Source: Methanobacteriota archaeon (lineage in GTDB: Archaea > Thermoplasmatota > Thermoplasmata > SG8-5 > JAGLSY01). From it: DNA of 64,000 nt. The stretch's first letter is position 1, and each line of letters starts with the position of its first letter. Location: positions 128,001 to 192,000 of the forward strand of contig JAEHCQ010000002.1 in the NCBI GenBank assembly GCA_020696385.1. The letters are read 5' to 3'. Shown piece by piece: positions 27,974 through 37,670 of this stretch. Under the pieces are notes generated by a model. It was given only the letters and a program-made list of their open reading frames with translations, ran no database searches and had not been told where the DNA came from. A program made the translations under genes and the position numbers.

Positions 27974-28511
27974 TATGCCCACCTCCATTATTACAATTAT
28001 GAAGATAAAGATATTGGATCAAAGACCTGGAATAACAATTCCTTTGAGCTATTATCTCTTTGCCATCAGATGCGTCGATAATTACCAGATCTGCTTGATT
28101 CAACCTTATCTCATTGCATTTGGCATCCGTTTCATTGTTCACATACACATTCAAAGTATGCTTCTGATGCCCGTTTATGATCTTCAAATGGCCCCCGGGT
28201 TCCAGATGCATGGCTTCCATCATCTCTTCCGATAGTAATGCTGTACCTCTGGCTGTCTCAATAGCCCTTCTTGCCACTAAACATCTGGACTCATCGTATT
28301 TCTTGGCAATTTCTAGATCTATGTTTCTCAACAATCTCAGTTCCTCAAATACAACAGATCTGATCTCACTCGTGGTCCCGCACTCCTTATCAGAGACCAT
28401 TTGTGCAATCTCTTTAGCTGTTATTTCATCCTCACCAGCATTTTGAAGAGATCGCTTGACCTTCGCTATATTAAACTCCTCACTTTTCCCGTTTCTCTTT
28501 GTTATCCTCAT
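27945..28511 (-). CDS. ATP-cone domain protein with a CDC48-N-like double-psi beta-barrel
   Basis: ITKRNGKSEEFNIAKV ATP-cone; RGTALLSEEMMEAMHLEPGG...IRLN resembles the DPBB pattern. Confidence 0.7.
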   Translation of the reverse strand: MRITKRNGKSEEFNIAKVKRSLQNAGEDEITAKEIAQMVSDKECGTTSEIRSVVFEELRLLRNIDLEIAKKYDESRCLVARRAIETARGTALLSEEMMEAMHLEPGGHLKIINGHQKHTLNVYVNNETDAKCNEIRLNQADLVIIDASDGKEIIAQRNCYSRSLIQYLYLHNCNNGGGHNENRVTINN

Positions 28512-28693
28512 ATTACAACCTCGACAGTGTGCCTCCTTGCATTAGGGCAGGGGTACAGGGTTAAGGAGAACAATGACTCGGAGAGTATATCTGATTATTT
28601 CAAAATCAGACATAAATTTGTTAAAAATTTCATACAAATTGGGAGTGATATCTTACCTTGGTAAATTTTATCAAGGGTGGTTTCGGCTTTTCA

Positions 28694-29353
28694 TTACTCT
28701 TTACCAGTGGCATCCTTAATATCGCAATTGTTTATCAAGATACAATAGCCAATTATTTTTTCATCTTCGTTTTTAAAGTTTGTAATGGACACTATTGTTT
28801 CCATTACATTACCAGACTTGCAAATGCATTTGATATTTAGATCCATTATTTCATTACCTTTTACAACCTTTCTTATGATCTCTTCGAAATAGTCCATATC
28901 CTCAAAGATATCAATGTGATTGCCCAATATCTCATCTCGACTGAAGCCCAATAATCTTTCAACTTTCCTATTCCAAAAAAGATTGATGCCACCGTTATTG
29001 ATGATAATGATCCCGTCACTGATCTGTTCAACGATATTATGAAAGAAATTCGGAGATTCCGTAATATCTGTTAGTTTTCTCACCACCTCATTGTAATGGT
29101 CCATATTCTCTTCCATCTCGGGAGTTAAGAAATACACATGTCCATAAGCATCCAATTCCGAAGCATAGATCATGTTATACTTTTGGAGTTTGTCAGTGTG
29201 ATATTTAACAGTGCGGTAATTCAAATTTAATGCTTCAGACAACTGATTGGTATTGTATGCGCGATCTTTAAGTAGCTCGATTATCCGCACTCTGTTTTGT
29301 CCACCCGACTCTCCCAATAGTAAATATGAGATCGTTTGCTTCAAATTTGACAT
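28694..29353 (-). CDS. ArsR-type HTH regulator fused to a PAS domain
   Basis: GGQNRVRII...NTNQLSEALNLNYRTVKYH HTH; DGIIII...WN...LLGFSRDEILG PAS. Confidence 0.85.
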   Translation of the reverse strand: MSNLKQTISYLLLGESGGQNRVRIIELLKDRAYNTNQLSEALNLNYRTVKYHTDKLQKYNMIYASELDAYGHVYFLTPEMEENMDHYNEVVRKLTDITESPNFFHNIVEQISDGIIIINNGGINLFWNRKVERLLGFSRDEILGNHIDIFEDMDYFEEIIRKVVKGNEIMDLNIKCICKSGNVMETIVSITNFKNEDEKIIGYCILINNCDIKDATGKE

Positions 29354-29446
29354 CTTGCATTCACACGATATGGAAGTGATTTTACGATTTAATGATTTTC
29401 TTGGTAAACTGTAGCTCCCTGTTTCCAGATCTGGTATTGCCAGTTA

Positions 29447-30298
29447 TCAATCAGTGTGGACCTCGACAATCTGCAAACTCAAATCACTGGCCCTGGCGCT
29501 GTGGGTGAGCCAGCCCAGAGAGATCACATCCGCGGACTTCGCATATTCCACTATGTTGTCTGGCGTGATACCGCCGGATATCTCTATCACGATATCCGGA
29601 TCTATCTTCCTAACTTCCTCAGCAACCGCCTCGACCTCGAAGGGTGCCATATTGTCTAGCATGATGATGTCCGGACCCGCCTTGGCGGCTTCAATAGCTC
29701 CGCCCATGTCAACAACTTCGACCTCGATCTTGATACGCTGGCCGCCCGGTCCCGGATTACTATCCGAGTATGACTTCGCCTTCTCGATGGCGAAGGTTAT
29801 GGACCCCACCATCATCAAATGATTATCTTTGATAAGAATTTGATCGTAAAGCCCAATACGATGACTCACGCCCCCGCCCAGGACGACCGCTTTTTTCTCG
29901 TATTCTCTGAAGCCTGGCGTGGTTTTCCTTGTGGCCGATATTTTGACTTTCGGATTGATCAAATGGCACTTGTCTATCAGATCACGGGTGGTGGTGGCGA
30001 TCCCGCTCATCTTGCACATGAAATTCAGTGCAAGTCTTTCAGTTCTCAGAAGTTCGCGAGCCCCACCAGTTATGCTCAGCACCTCCTGGCCATCTTTGAC
30101 ATGGTCCCCGTCCCGGAACTTGGGAATCACTCGAAGACCCTCATTCTCGAAGATCTTCACCGCTTCCTCGATGCCAGCTATCACGCAATCTTCCTTGGCG
30201 ATTATCCTTGCCCCGGCTCGCTCGTCCTTCAGAAGCGCATTGCTGGTCACATCACCTGCACCCAGGTCCTCTGGCAGAAAATCATAGGGCTCCGTCAT
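29447..30298 (-). CDS. nadC: Quinolinate phosphoribosyltransferase
   Basis: ED...GDVT, ERLALN, TRKTTPG, HR-x-GL-x-D, IKDNH, EVEV, IMLDN. Confidence 0.97.
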   Translation of the reverse strand: MTEPYDFLPEDLGAGDVTSNALLKDERAGARIIAKEDCVIAGIEEAVKIFENEGLRVIPKFRDGDHVKDGQEVLSITGGARELLRTERLALNFMCKMSGIATTTRDLIDKCHLINPKVKISATRKTTPGFREYEKKAVVLGGGVSHRIGLYDQILIKDNHLMMVGSITFAIEKAKSYSDSNPGPGGQRIKIEVEVVDMGGAIEAAKAGPDIIMLDNMAPFEVEAVAEEVRKIDPDIVIEISGGITPDNIVEYAKSADVISLGWLTHSARASDLSLQIVEVHTD

Positions 30299-30381
30299 AC
30301 TGATGTCTCCGTCATACTGATGACCTCATCATGCTGTCTGTCATGTTATCCATGATAAAAAAGGTTTGTTCGGCAATCGGT

Positions 30382-31023
30382 CTAATGATTGCCGTTGTGG
30401 ATCTTTTTAACAATCCTTCGGGATCTGGCTATATTGATGGCCGCGTCCTTATCGGATTCCATGTTCTTGGTCAGCTTGGTGGTCCGGAACTCGTCCATCA
30501 CCTCCACGACAGTGAAGGAATCGGCCACATGATCCAGGATGAAATCCCTCGACTCAGGGGCCCCATTACCCAGCTTCAGCCTAGATGTCCTGAAAATATA
30601 GCTATCCAGCATATGATGAATTATCTCCACACATTTGTCCCATGACCTGGCCTGGCTGACCTCCAGAACCTCATTGTTGACAAGGACTGCTATTCCGGGT
30701 TCCTTGCCCGGATCCACTCCGATGACGAGTTCCTCGAAGATCTCTATCCCGGTCAATGCCTGGAATGCCCGTCTTATGCCTTTGTAAATATCGTCCACGG
30801 GGATGATCGGCATGGAGCTCCCCCAGGCAGTCCTCTCCACTTTATCCACATCGTACTGGCTTGTCAATATCACGCCTATGTCCATCGGTGGTGCTTCTCC
30901 AAAATTCAAGCTTCTGAAGGGTAATCCTCTGAATCGCAGTTCCTTTACCAAATCGAAAAAAAGTCTGGAATCACTGGTAAGCAGTCCGATTATATTCTTT
31001 TTATCGGATATGTGATTGCTCAA
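30382..31023 (-). CDS. Hypothetical protein with RNase H-like (YqgF-type) domain
   Basis: VIGVDPG-x-x-PGIAV, GNG, DE-x-x-TT, D-x-x-AA-x-x-IA; TTG at 31023 after GAGGAGG. Confidence 0.7.
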   Translation of the reverse strand: MSNHISDKKNIIGLLTSDSRLFFDLVKELRFRGLPFRSLNFGEAPPMDIGVILTSQYDVDKVERTAWGSSMPIIPVDDIYKGIRRAFQALTGIEIFEELVIGVDPGKEPGIAVLVNNEVLEVSQARSWDKCVEIIHHMLDSYIFRTSRLKLGNGAPESRDFILDHVADSFTVVEVMDEFRTTKLTKNMESDKDAAINIARSRRIVKKIHNGNH

Positions 31024-31033
31024 ATGATCCTCC

Positions 31034-31576
31034 TCATTTAATTTGATCCATAAGTGAAAAATCGAACTCGCACATCGGGCAAGCGGTCGCATTCTCATCC
31101 ACTGGCGCACCGCATAATTGGCAATGAATAGCCTCATCGAGTATATTCGAATCTTCATCGACACATATCAACGGGCACAGCAGGTCCTTGGTCCCCTCCC
31201 AGATGTCCATATCCCCATTCCAATCCTGGGCCCGGTGGCCGTATTCCTTCTCGATAAGTTCCATGGACTTGGCAACATTGTGGTTCATCTTGGCAGTCGC
31301 CTTTCCAGAATACACCACGGCCAGATAGAAGTTATTTGCCAGCTCGATCATGATATTCTTGTTCTCGAATTCGAGTTTCTTAAGCGACCATTTACCGTCT
31401 CCGAAAGCGTCCTTCACAAAAGACTGGACGGCAGTCAGCATACCGATGGTGACATCGTAATCCACCTCAATGTTCTGCTCTATGTTCATGAACTCGATAA
31501 GACATCCGCTCTTGTGTACGAGGAATACTTCTTCGATGACCGGGGTATTATCTTCTGAGCCCATGTATTGATCCAC
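31034..31576 (-). CDS. Longin/roadblock-like domain protein with C-terminal zinc ribbon
   Basis: EEVFLVHKSG-x-LI...GMLTAVQSFVKDAF...WNGD; CQLC...CPMC; fold assignment is inference. Confidence 0.6.
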   Translation of the reverse strand: MDQYMGSEDNTPVIEEVFLVHKSGCLIEFMNIEQNIEVDYDVTIGMLTAVQSFVKDAFGDGKWSLKKLEFENKNIMIELANNFYLAVVYSGKATAKMNHNVAKSMELIEKEYGHRAQDWNGDMDIWEGTKDLLCPLICVDEDSNILDEAIHCQLCGAPVDENATACPMCEFDFSLMDQIK

Positions 31577-31660
31577 CTGAACTAATCATGAATATGCGAG
31601 GGGGGATAAGTAGATTTTGGGGAATAGAATGGATCCGCAGGACCGAAAGGCGCATGGAAA

Positions 31661-31883
31661 GTTTGGGATTACAGAAAGATTGACCTCCCCGCCATTTTGG
31701 CAGGGTGTCGAATATCAAAGCACTCTGTGACTGTCACTCGCTGGGTCATCGTTGGGAGTACCCCGCCCTTGCGTCCCTCAGGATTGCTCCGTCTGGCACT
31801 GAAATATAGAATGACTTCGCAACTCTCGATTTTCTGATCACTCACATCGAATCCAGGACGAAAATCTTCGAGCGGGGCATGTT
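31661..31883 (-). mobile_element. Non-autonomous IS200/IS605-like palindromic element, copy 2
   Basis: Reverse complement aligns to 5611-5756, including identical AACATGCCCCG, AGGGCGGGGTACTC and GCGAGTGACAGTCACAGAGTGCT; longer loop in the left hairpin. Confidence 0.65.
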
Positions 31884-31902
31884 GTAGGGAGCATACTGAG
31901 AT

Positions 31903-32754
31903 TCAGTAGGCTGTTGTCATGTCGATTAGGCCTTTTGATCGGGCAACATAGTCACCCAGCTTGAAAACACCAACCGAGATTACTGCGAAGACGATCGTGC
32001 TTATTGTGAGGATCAACATGCAATCCACTGTCGATATGCTGGCTAATGCCGTATCTATACCTTCTCCCAGACCAAGAGTTCGCCTTATCAGTTCCAGCCA
32101 GTAAGTCACTGGAAGTGTCTTTGCGAGTGTTATTCCCCACCCTGGCAGGATGCTGATCGGGAAGATCACTCCGCAGAACATGTAGAATATGCCAGCAACT
32201 CCCTCGTTCATCCCCATGGAATGCTTCGCTGTCAGGAAAGATATTCCTGCCAGCGCTAAGCCAAATGACATGACACATGCTAGACCGATGAACATCACCA
32301 CTATGAACAGGAGCCAGTTGACCCCCAGGATGTCGAGCGGAACTCCCAAGAAGAACACTCCGAAGGCCATCGTGATGATGACCGCGAAAGTGGTGACCAG
32401 CAGTTTGCTGATAGTCCTCCCCAGCATGTAGACGAAGAAGTTCGATGGCGATATGTACAGGTACTTCAGAGTCCGATAATGTTCCCTATCATCGTGGATC
32501 ACCCAGGTGATCCCGAATAAAACTTGGGCGACGAACATGAAGAACGCGTTGCTCACGTACATGTAGTGGAATAGACCGACATCTGTCTGCCCCCCGATTC
32601 CCGCGATTATGCTGTACATGACCACCAGGATCAAGGATCCCGCTATGGGCTTGGCTATCGAGTAGATGATGAAAGGGAAAGGATCCGTCCAGTTGCTCTC
32701 CAACTGCCAGCCCAGCCAAGTCGACCACTTGAAAACACGACGATTCATGCTCAT
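31903..32754 (-). CDS. ABC-2 type transporter permease
   Basis: Multi-TM, G-x-x-FP, P-x-TY motifs; ATG at 32754 overlaps the upstream stop. Confidence 0.88.
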   Translation of the reverse strand: MSMNRRVFKWSTWLGWQLESNWTDPFPFIIYSIAKPIAGSLILVVMYSIIAGIGGQTDVGLFHYMYVSNAFFMFVAQVLFGITWVIHDDREHYRTLKYLYISPSNFFVYMLGRTISKLLVTTFAVIITMAFGVFFLGVPLDILGVNWLLFIVVMFIGLACVMSFGLALAGISFLTAKHSMGMNEGVAGIFYMFCGVIFPISILPGWGITLAKTLPVTYWLELIRRTLGLGEGIDTALASISTVDCMLILTISTIVFAVISVGVFKLGDYVARSKGLIDMTTAY

Positions 32755-33608
32755 TGCCATTTGAGGGTCAACCTCCCTTCTTTCTTTGCCAGGTTCTCCA
32801 TGTAGTCCAGGCTGAACCTCGCAAGTATGATGAATATCACTGTCAGGATGATCAAGCAAAACAGCTCCACCCACAAAGGAAGGAAACCATCAGCAGGGCC
32901 GAAGAAACACTGGCGCATTCCGTCCAGGCCCAGAGTGACTGGGATGATCGAAGCTCCCACGGCCAGCCAGAATCCAGGATCTCCCAGAAGGAATTGGAAT
33001 CCTTTGACCGGGAAGTAGAATCCGGATACCAAATAGATGGGTTCTGTCAGAAGATTGGACATATGCCAGGCTTCCCTGCCCCAGAGCATGTACATCGATG
33101 CGAACATCATGCCCATTCCGTAAAGCGCGGTCATGGTGAATATGAATATGCCGACGAACATCAGAGGTTCTTCCAGTGTCAGTGTGATATTGAAGATATA
33201 GATACCAGCTAGAATTGTGGTGACCGCCCTCACGGTGGATGTGAACATGCCGCCGATGGCCATACCACCGAGTATGGCCATTCGGGATATCGGAGCCACC
33301 ATGTAGAGCTCGAGATTGCCCATCTCTTTTTCCCAATAAAGTTGGGCCGCCATCCCCCACAGGACATTCATCCAGTATGCGGTCATGGCTCCACCTATTA
33401 CGACATAGCCAAGATATTGCGGTGGAGCCTGAAGCGCGGTATAGACATAGATGTAAGCCGCGATGGACAGGATTGGGAAGAAAGTGTCGAAGAACACCCA
33501 GGATGGTTCACGATTGACACCGATGATCCTGGGATACGCTCTGCCGAATGCGGTTCTGAGGTTCATAACTGCCCAGGATGGTTTTTCGTAATTTTCCTCG
33601 AACTTCAT
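32751..33608 (-). CDS. ABC-2 type transporter permease
   Basis: EKEMGNLE...APISR, SGFYFPV; multi-TM. Confidence 0.88.
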   Translation of the reverse strand: MKFEENYEKPSWAVMNLRTAFGRAYPRIIGVNREPSWVFFDTFFPILSIAAYIYVYTALQAPPQYLGYVVIGGAMTAYWMNVLWGMAAQLYWEKEMGNLELYMVAPISRMAILGGMAIGGMFTSTVRAVTTILAGIYIFNITLTLEEPLMFVGIFIFTMTALYGMGMMFASMYMLWGREAWHMSNLLTEPIYLVSGFYFPVKGFQFLLGDPGFWLAVGASIIPVTLGLDGMRQCFFGPADGFLPLWVELFCLIILTVIFIILARFSLDYMENLAKKEGRLTLKWQ

Positions 33609-33683
33609 TCCGCATCTCCCCCTGTTATTATTCCATAAAAACTAACTGGATAGGTATCTGGTGAGCGAAAGAAGAGCTCGCCA

Positions 33684-34679
33684 CTAACCCTCATGCAACC
33701 CCCTTCCTACAAGGGCGACGAAGACATCCTCCAGGGTGGGCTCGGTCTTTTCAACACTGATTATCTTGGAACCACATTTGGGAACCTCGGCGACGATATC
33801 GGCCACGATGGCCTCATCCTCCAGTATGAATTTCAAGTCTGTAGTCCCGGTTGTCGCATCATGATGGAAAGCGAAATTCCTCACACCTGGAATGGACTCA
33901 AAGGACTTGACATCCGTGATCTGTTTGATCTGTAATTTGAGAGCCGATTCCTTCGATATCAGCTTCTTCAAATTATTGGTAGTATCGCAAGCCAGTACTT
34001 TTCCATTATCGATTATCGCCACCCTGTCGCAAAGCTCCTCGGCCTCCGCCATGTAATGAGTGGTCAGAAGAACAGTTCTCGATGGTTTGTCCTTCATCCA
34101 CTTGTGAATGAAATCACGGATCAGCCGTGAAGCATTGACATCCAGGCCCAAAGTGGGCTCATCCAGGAATATCAGATCGGGGTCGGTGATGAAGCCCCTG
34201 ATCATATTGGCCTTCTGCCTCTGGCCAGTGGATAGGGTCCTGACCTTCGCGTCCTTCTTATCGGACAGGTCCATGATCTCCAGCATATTGTCGATACGCC
34301 TCTTGGCCAGCTTACTCGGCATACCGTAGAACTGGGAGAACATCCATAGATTCTCCCGCACTGTCAAAAGACCGTAGCCAGATGTTTCCCCGCCAGATAC
34401 CATGTTGATCTTCTGTCTTATCTCCTGGCATTCGGTGTTCACATCATGACCCATGACCTTCGCAGTACCTGAAGATGGGAGCAATAATGTGCATAAAATC
34501 TTGATTAGAGTTGTCTTTCCGGCTCCATTCGGACCCAGAAGTCCAAACAATTCGCCTTCTTTGATCTGGATATTAGCATTGTCAAGAGCGTGCACTGTAC
34601 TTTTCTTGCTTTCGCCCTTGACTTGGCGCACTTTGAAATCCCGGCATAGATCCGAGGTCTCGACAGCGTATTTTGTCAT
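33684..34679 (-). CDS. ABC transporter ATP-binding protein (DrrA-like)
   Basis: GPNGAGKT, LSTGQRQK, LDEPT, TTHYM, PTLEDVF. Confidence 0.95.
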   Translation of the reverse strand: MTKYAVETSDLCRDFKVRQVKGESKKSTVHALDNANIQIKEGELFGLLGPNGAGKTTLIKILCTLLLPSSGTAKVMGHDVNTECQEIRQKINMVSGGETSGYGLLTVRENLWMFSQFYGMPSKLAKRRIDNMLEIMDLSDKKDAKVRTLSTGQRQKANMIRGFITDPDLIFLDEPTLGLDVNASRLIRDFIHKWMKDKPSRTVLLTTHYMAEAEELCDRVAIIDNGKVLACDTTNNLKKLISKESALKLQIKQITDVKSFESIPGVRNFAFHHDATTGTTDLKFILEDEAIVADIVAEVPKCGSKIISVEKTEPTLEDVFVALVGRGLHEG

Positions 34680-34837
34680 TTTTCATTCCTCTAGCTTCGT
34701 GATACATGAATGGGGGCAAGATGATATCTATAGTTATAAATCTCATCTTATCAATATACCAAAAGTGTTGTTGAGCAATTGATGCTCAGAGTGAGCATAA
34801 ACAGAATTGCATAACGGGGACTAACCCCATTACAGGG

Positions 34838-35029
34838 TTAGGCCTCGTAGTGCTGTCTATAGCGGGTTACGTATCCAGCAATGCGGTTTCTCATCATTAT
34901 GGATTCCACATCTGTAAGTTCGGAGACCATTTTTTTATTGTGTTGAAAGTCTTCGGTGAACTTCTCTGGATACAACTTCACCAGCTCGATGGCAACTCTT
35001 TTGATATATGTTGGCCTTATGTTTCCCAT
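34838..35029 (-). CDS. rps17e: 30S ribosomal protein S17e
   Basis: [11 protein letters not shown]...DFQHNK...[10 protein letters not shown]. Confidence 0.97.
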   Translation of the reverse strand: MGNIRPTYIKRVAIELVKLYPEKFTEDFQHNKKMVSELTDVESIMMRNRIAGYVTRYRQHYEA

Positions 35030-35180
35030 GACTGTACCTCGAAACTGCTGAAGAACTTTTCATACATAAAGCTTTACATGGAATTATCTATAAATCTAAG
35101 CAAAAACAAAAACTATATATTTATTAAGACATATTGTGCAAGGAGGACGGTAGGTTCTTCAATAAGGGGTAGGACAGCGA

Positions 35181-36713
35181 ATGGCTTTATTTAAAAAGAA
35201 GAAGAAAACAGAGAGTTCACATTCAGAAGCAGATGTGAATCTGGGTGATATGGGCGCATTGACAGATGCCGATAAATCCAGTTTTTCAAAGAAAAAAAAG
35301 CCAGATGCAGCCATTTATGAAGAGGTTGCCAAGGTGCAGGAGGAAATGATCGAGACATCGGTCGATGCCTCTTTCACAGAAGAGGAAGAAGTGGTAGAGG
35401 AAGAAGTAGAAGAAGAAGTTACATTATCCCAGCCATCCGAGGAAGAGGATGTTGATATTGATTTTTCAGAGTTGGAAGATGAGATCGTACTGCAGACGGA
35501 CATTGTTGAAGAGGAGAATGGATTCGATATAGACGACATACTGCCTCCAGAACTACTGGTCATCGAAGAGCTCGAGTACATGGAGGAAGAGGAAGAAGAG
35601 GTCGTCGAGGTTGAGGAAGATGATGACGACAAGGGAGCTGATGGGGAGCAGAAATTAGGGTTCATGGCAGCCAGGAAGTTCATGGGCGAGAAAAGGAAAC
35701 AACTGGATGATAGGGAAGAAGAATTAAGCCAGTATGACCAAAAGCAGAAAACCCGTGATCAGCAATTGGATGCCAGAGAAGCTCAATTGGATTCAAAGAA
35801 TATGCAGGTGCAGACCGATCTGCAGATACTTCAGGATAAAGCAGCGGCACTTGACAATAGGGAAGCTCAATTGAATGATCGAGATTCCCTTATGGATCAA
35901 AGAAATAGTGAACTGGAAGTCCAGGAAGAATACATCAAAGAAAGGGAACAGGCCTTTGATGATAGGGAGGTCCAGTTGCATGAGAAGAAAGAGCAGCAGG
36001 ATGCCAGAGAGGAGAAGCTCGCCGATAGGGCAAGTAACCTGACACAGATGGAAGACGATTTCAGGGAGAGGGATACGAAGTTCAAAGAGAATATGTTTGA
36101 ACTTACCAATAGAGAGGAAATTCTCCAAACTGGTGAGCAGGAATTTAGTCAGAAAATGGATGAACTGGATCAAAAGAGGCTGGCCACCCGTCGTAGAGAA
36201 GGAGAGCTGGATGATTTCAGAAGAGAGCTGGATGCCAGAGAAAAAGCATTCGAAGCAAGAGAGATCGATGTCGAAACCAGAGAAGAGGATATCGCCAGAA
36301 AGGATATTGAGATCACCGAGAAGGTGGAGAATGCCAATCGAATGATGAACGAGTCTATCGAGAGAGAAGAAGATCTCAATTCCAAAGAGGTTGGTCTTTC
36401 AGAGAAAGAGAGAGAATTGGCCACCAATCAAGAAAGGATTGATGAATGGAAGAAAAGGCTGGAGGCCAAGGAAGAAGATCTCACATCCAGGAACAATGAG
36501 ATCGAATCCAAGATCGCGAATGTCAGATCCCAAGAGAGGGAGCTGGAAGACCGGAAGGGTCGCATAAAGGCAAAGGTCATGGAGATCAAGGAGTTGGAGA
36601 CCGAAACCATCAGAAGAAAGAAAGATGTCGATAAGGTCGAACTGCTTCTCATAGAAAAAGAGACCGAACTCTTCGAAAAAGAGCAGGGATTGACAAAAAG
36701 AGCCGCGAAATAA
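35181..36713 (+). CDS. Long coiled-coil protein with acidic N-terminal region
   Basis: ~330 aa of L-D-x-R-E-x-x heptads after a Glu/Asp-rich segment. Confidence 0.85.
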   Translation: MALFKKKKKTESSHSEADVNLGDMGALTDADKSSFSKKKKPDAAIYEEVAKVQEEMIETSVDASFTEEEEVVEEEVEEEVTLSQPSEEEDVDIDFSELEDEIVLQTDIVEEENGFDIDDILPPELLVIEELEYMEEEEEEVVEVEEDDDDKGADGEQKLGFMAARKFMGEKRKQLDDREEELSQYDQKQKTRDQQLDAREAQLDSKNMQVQTDLQILQDKAAALDNREAQLNDRDSLMDQRNSELEVQEEYIKEREQAFDDREVQLHEKKEQQDAREEKLADRASNLTQMEDDFRERDTKFKENMFELTNREEILQTGEQEFSQKMDELDQKRLATRRREGELDDFRRELDAREKAFEAREIDVETREEDIARKDIEITEKVENANRMMNESIEREEDLNSKEVGLSEKERELATNQERIDEWKKRLEAKEEDLTSRNNEIESKIANVRSQERELEDRKGRIKAKVMEIKELETETIRRKKDVDKVELLLIEKETELFEKEQGLTKRAAK

Positions 36714-36902
36714 TAACACTGGCTTCATTACATGACCTCATCAAAAGAGCAAAAAACAATAAATCCAATATTATATATATAAACAATACTTAATCCGGAT
36801 TAATAAGTGGTAAAAAATGATATATATACGTTCCACTTTATATGTGCAAGAGTTCCAAAATGACCACTGGTTATCAGATGGTCAATATTTGGGGGACTGA
36901 AA

Positions 36903-37634
36903 ATGGACGGAGAACAAGACTCAGGGAATAAGGACAAGAGAATACCGACTTACGTCATCAATCTGGATGACATACTTCAAGGCGGCGTGCCAGTAGAGTA
37001 CATCACTCTATTATGTGGTCACGCTGGAACCATGAAATCATCTGTTGGATACAGCATCATCTACAACGGTGCCAAGAACGATGGTCTCAAATCCATATAT
37101 CTGACCCTGGAGCAGGGTAAGCAGAGCATTCTGGAACACATGGAAAGATTAGGAATGCCTTCAGCAGGATTGGACAATCTTGTAGTAGTTGACCTTTCGA
37201 AGGTAAGGAAGGACATCGTCATGGACAAGACAAAGCCACAGAATGTGGACTGGCTCAAATCCATCATTGGTGTTCTGAAGAACTACAAAGAAAGGTTTGG
37301 ATGCGAGGTCCTTGTATTGGACTCTCTCGCAGCTCTTTATGCATTGGCTACCTTCAAGAACCCACGTGGGGAACTATTCCATTTCTTCGAGCAGATAAGA
37401 CAGCTGGGAGTTACAACCTTCCTTATATCCGAGATGCCAACAGACAGAGAGGTCTTTGGTCTTTATGGAATTGAGGATTTCCTTTCAGATGGTATAATAC
37501 ACCTGAAAGTTGAGGAAACAGATCAGGGAGCTAACCTGTATCTGGGTGTTGTGAAGATGAGAAAGACCCACCACTCAAGAAAATATCATCCATTGATATT
37601 CGAGAGCGGTTCCTTCGAAGTCGTCCAGCAGTGA
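36903..37634 (+). CDS. KaiC-like ATPase 2
   Basis: NLDDIL-x-GG-x-P, Walker A GHAGTMKS, TLEQ, LDSL, SDGII, KMR-x-T-x-H. Confidence 0.9.
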   Translation: MDGEQDSGNKDKRIPTYVINLDDILQGGVPVEYITLLCGHAGTMKSSVGYSIIYNGAKNDGLKSIYLTLEQGKQSILEHMERLGMPSAGLDNLVVVDLSKVRKDIVMDKTKPQNVDWLKSIIGVLKNYKERFGCEVLVLDSLAALYALATFKNPRGELFHFFEQIRQLGVTTFLISEMPTDREVFGLYGIEDFLSDGIIHLKVEETDQGANLYLGVVKMRKTHHSRKYHPLIFESGSFEVVQQ

Positions 37635-37670
37635 TCCAGATTGGAGATAATATATCTCAGGTGATACCTA

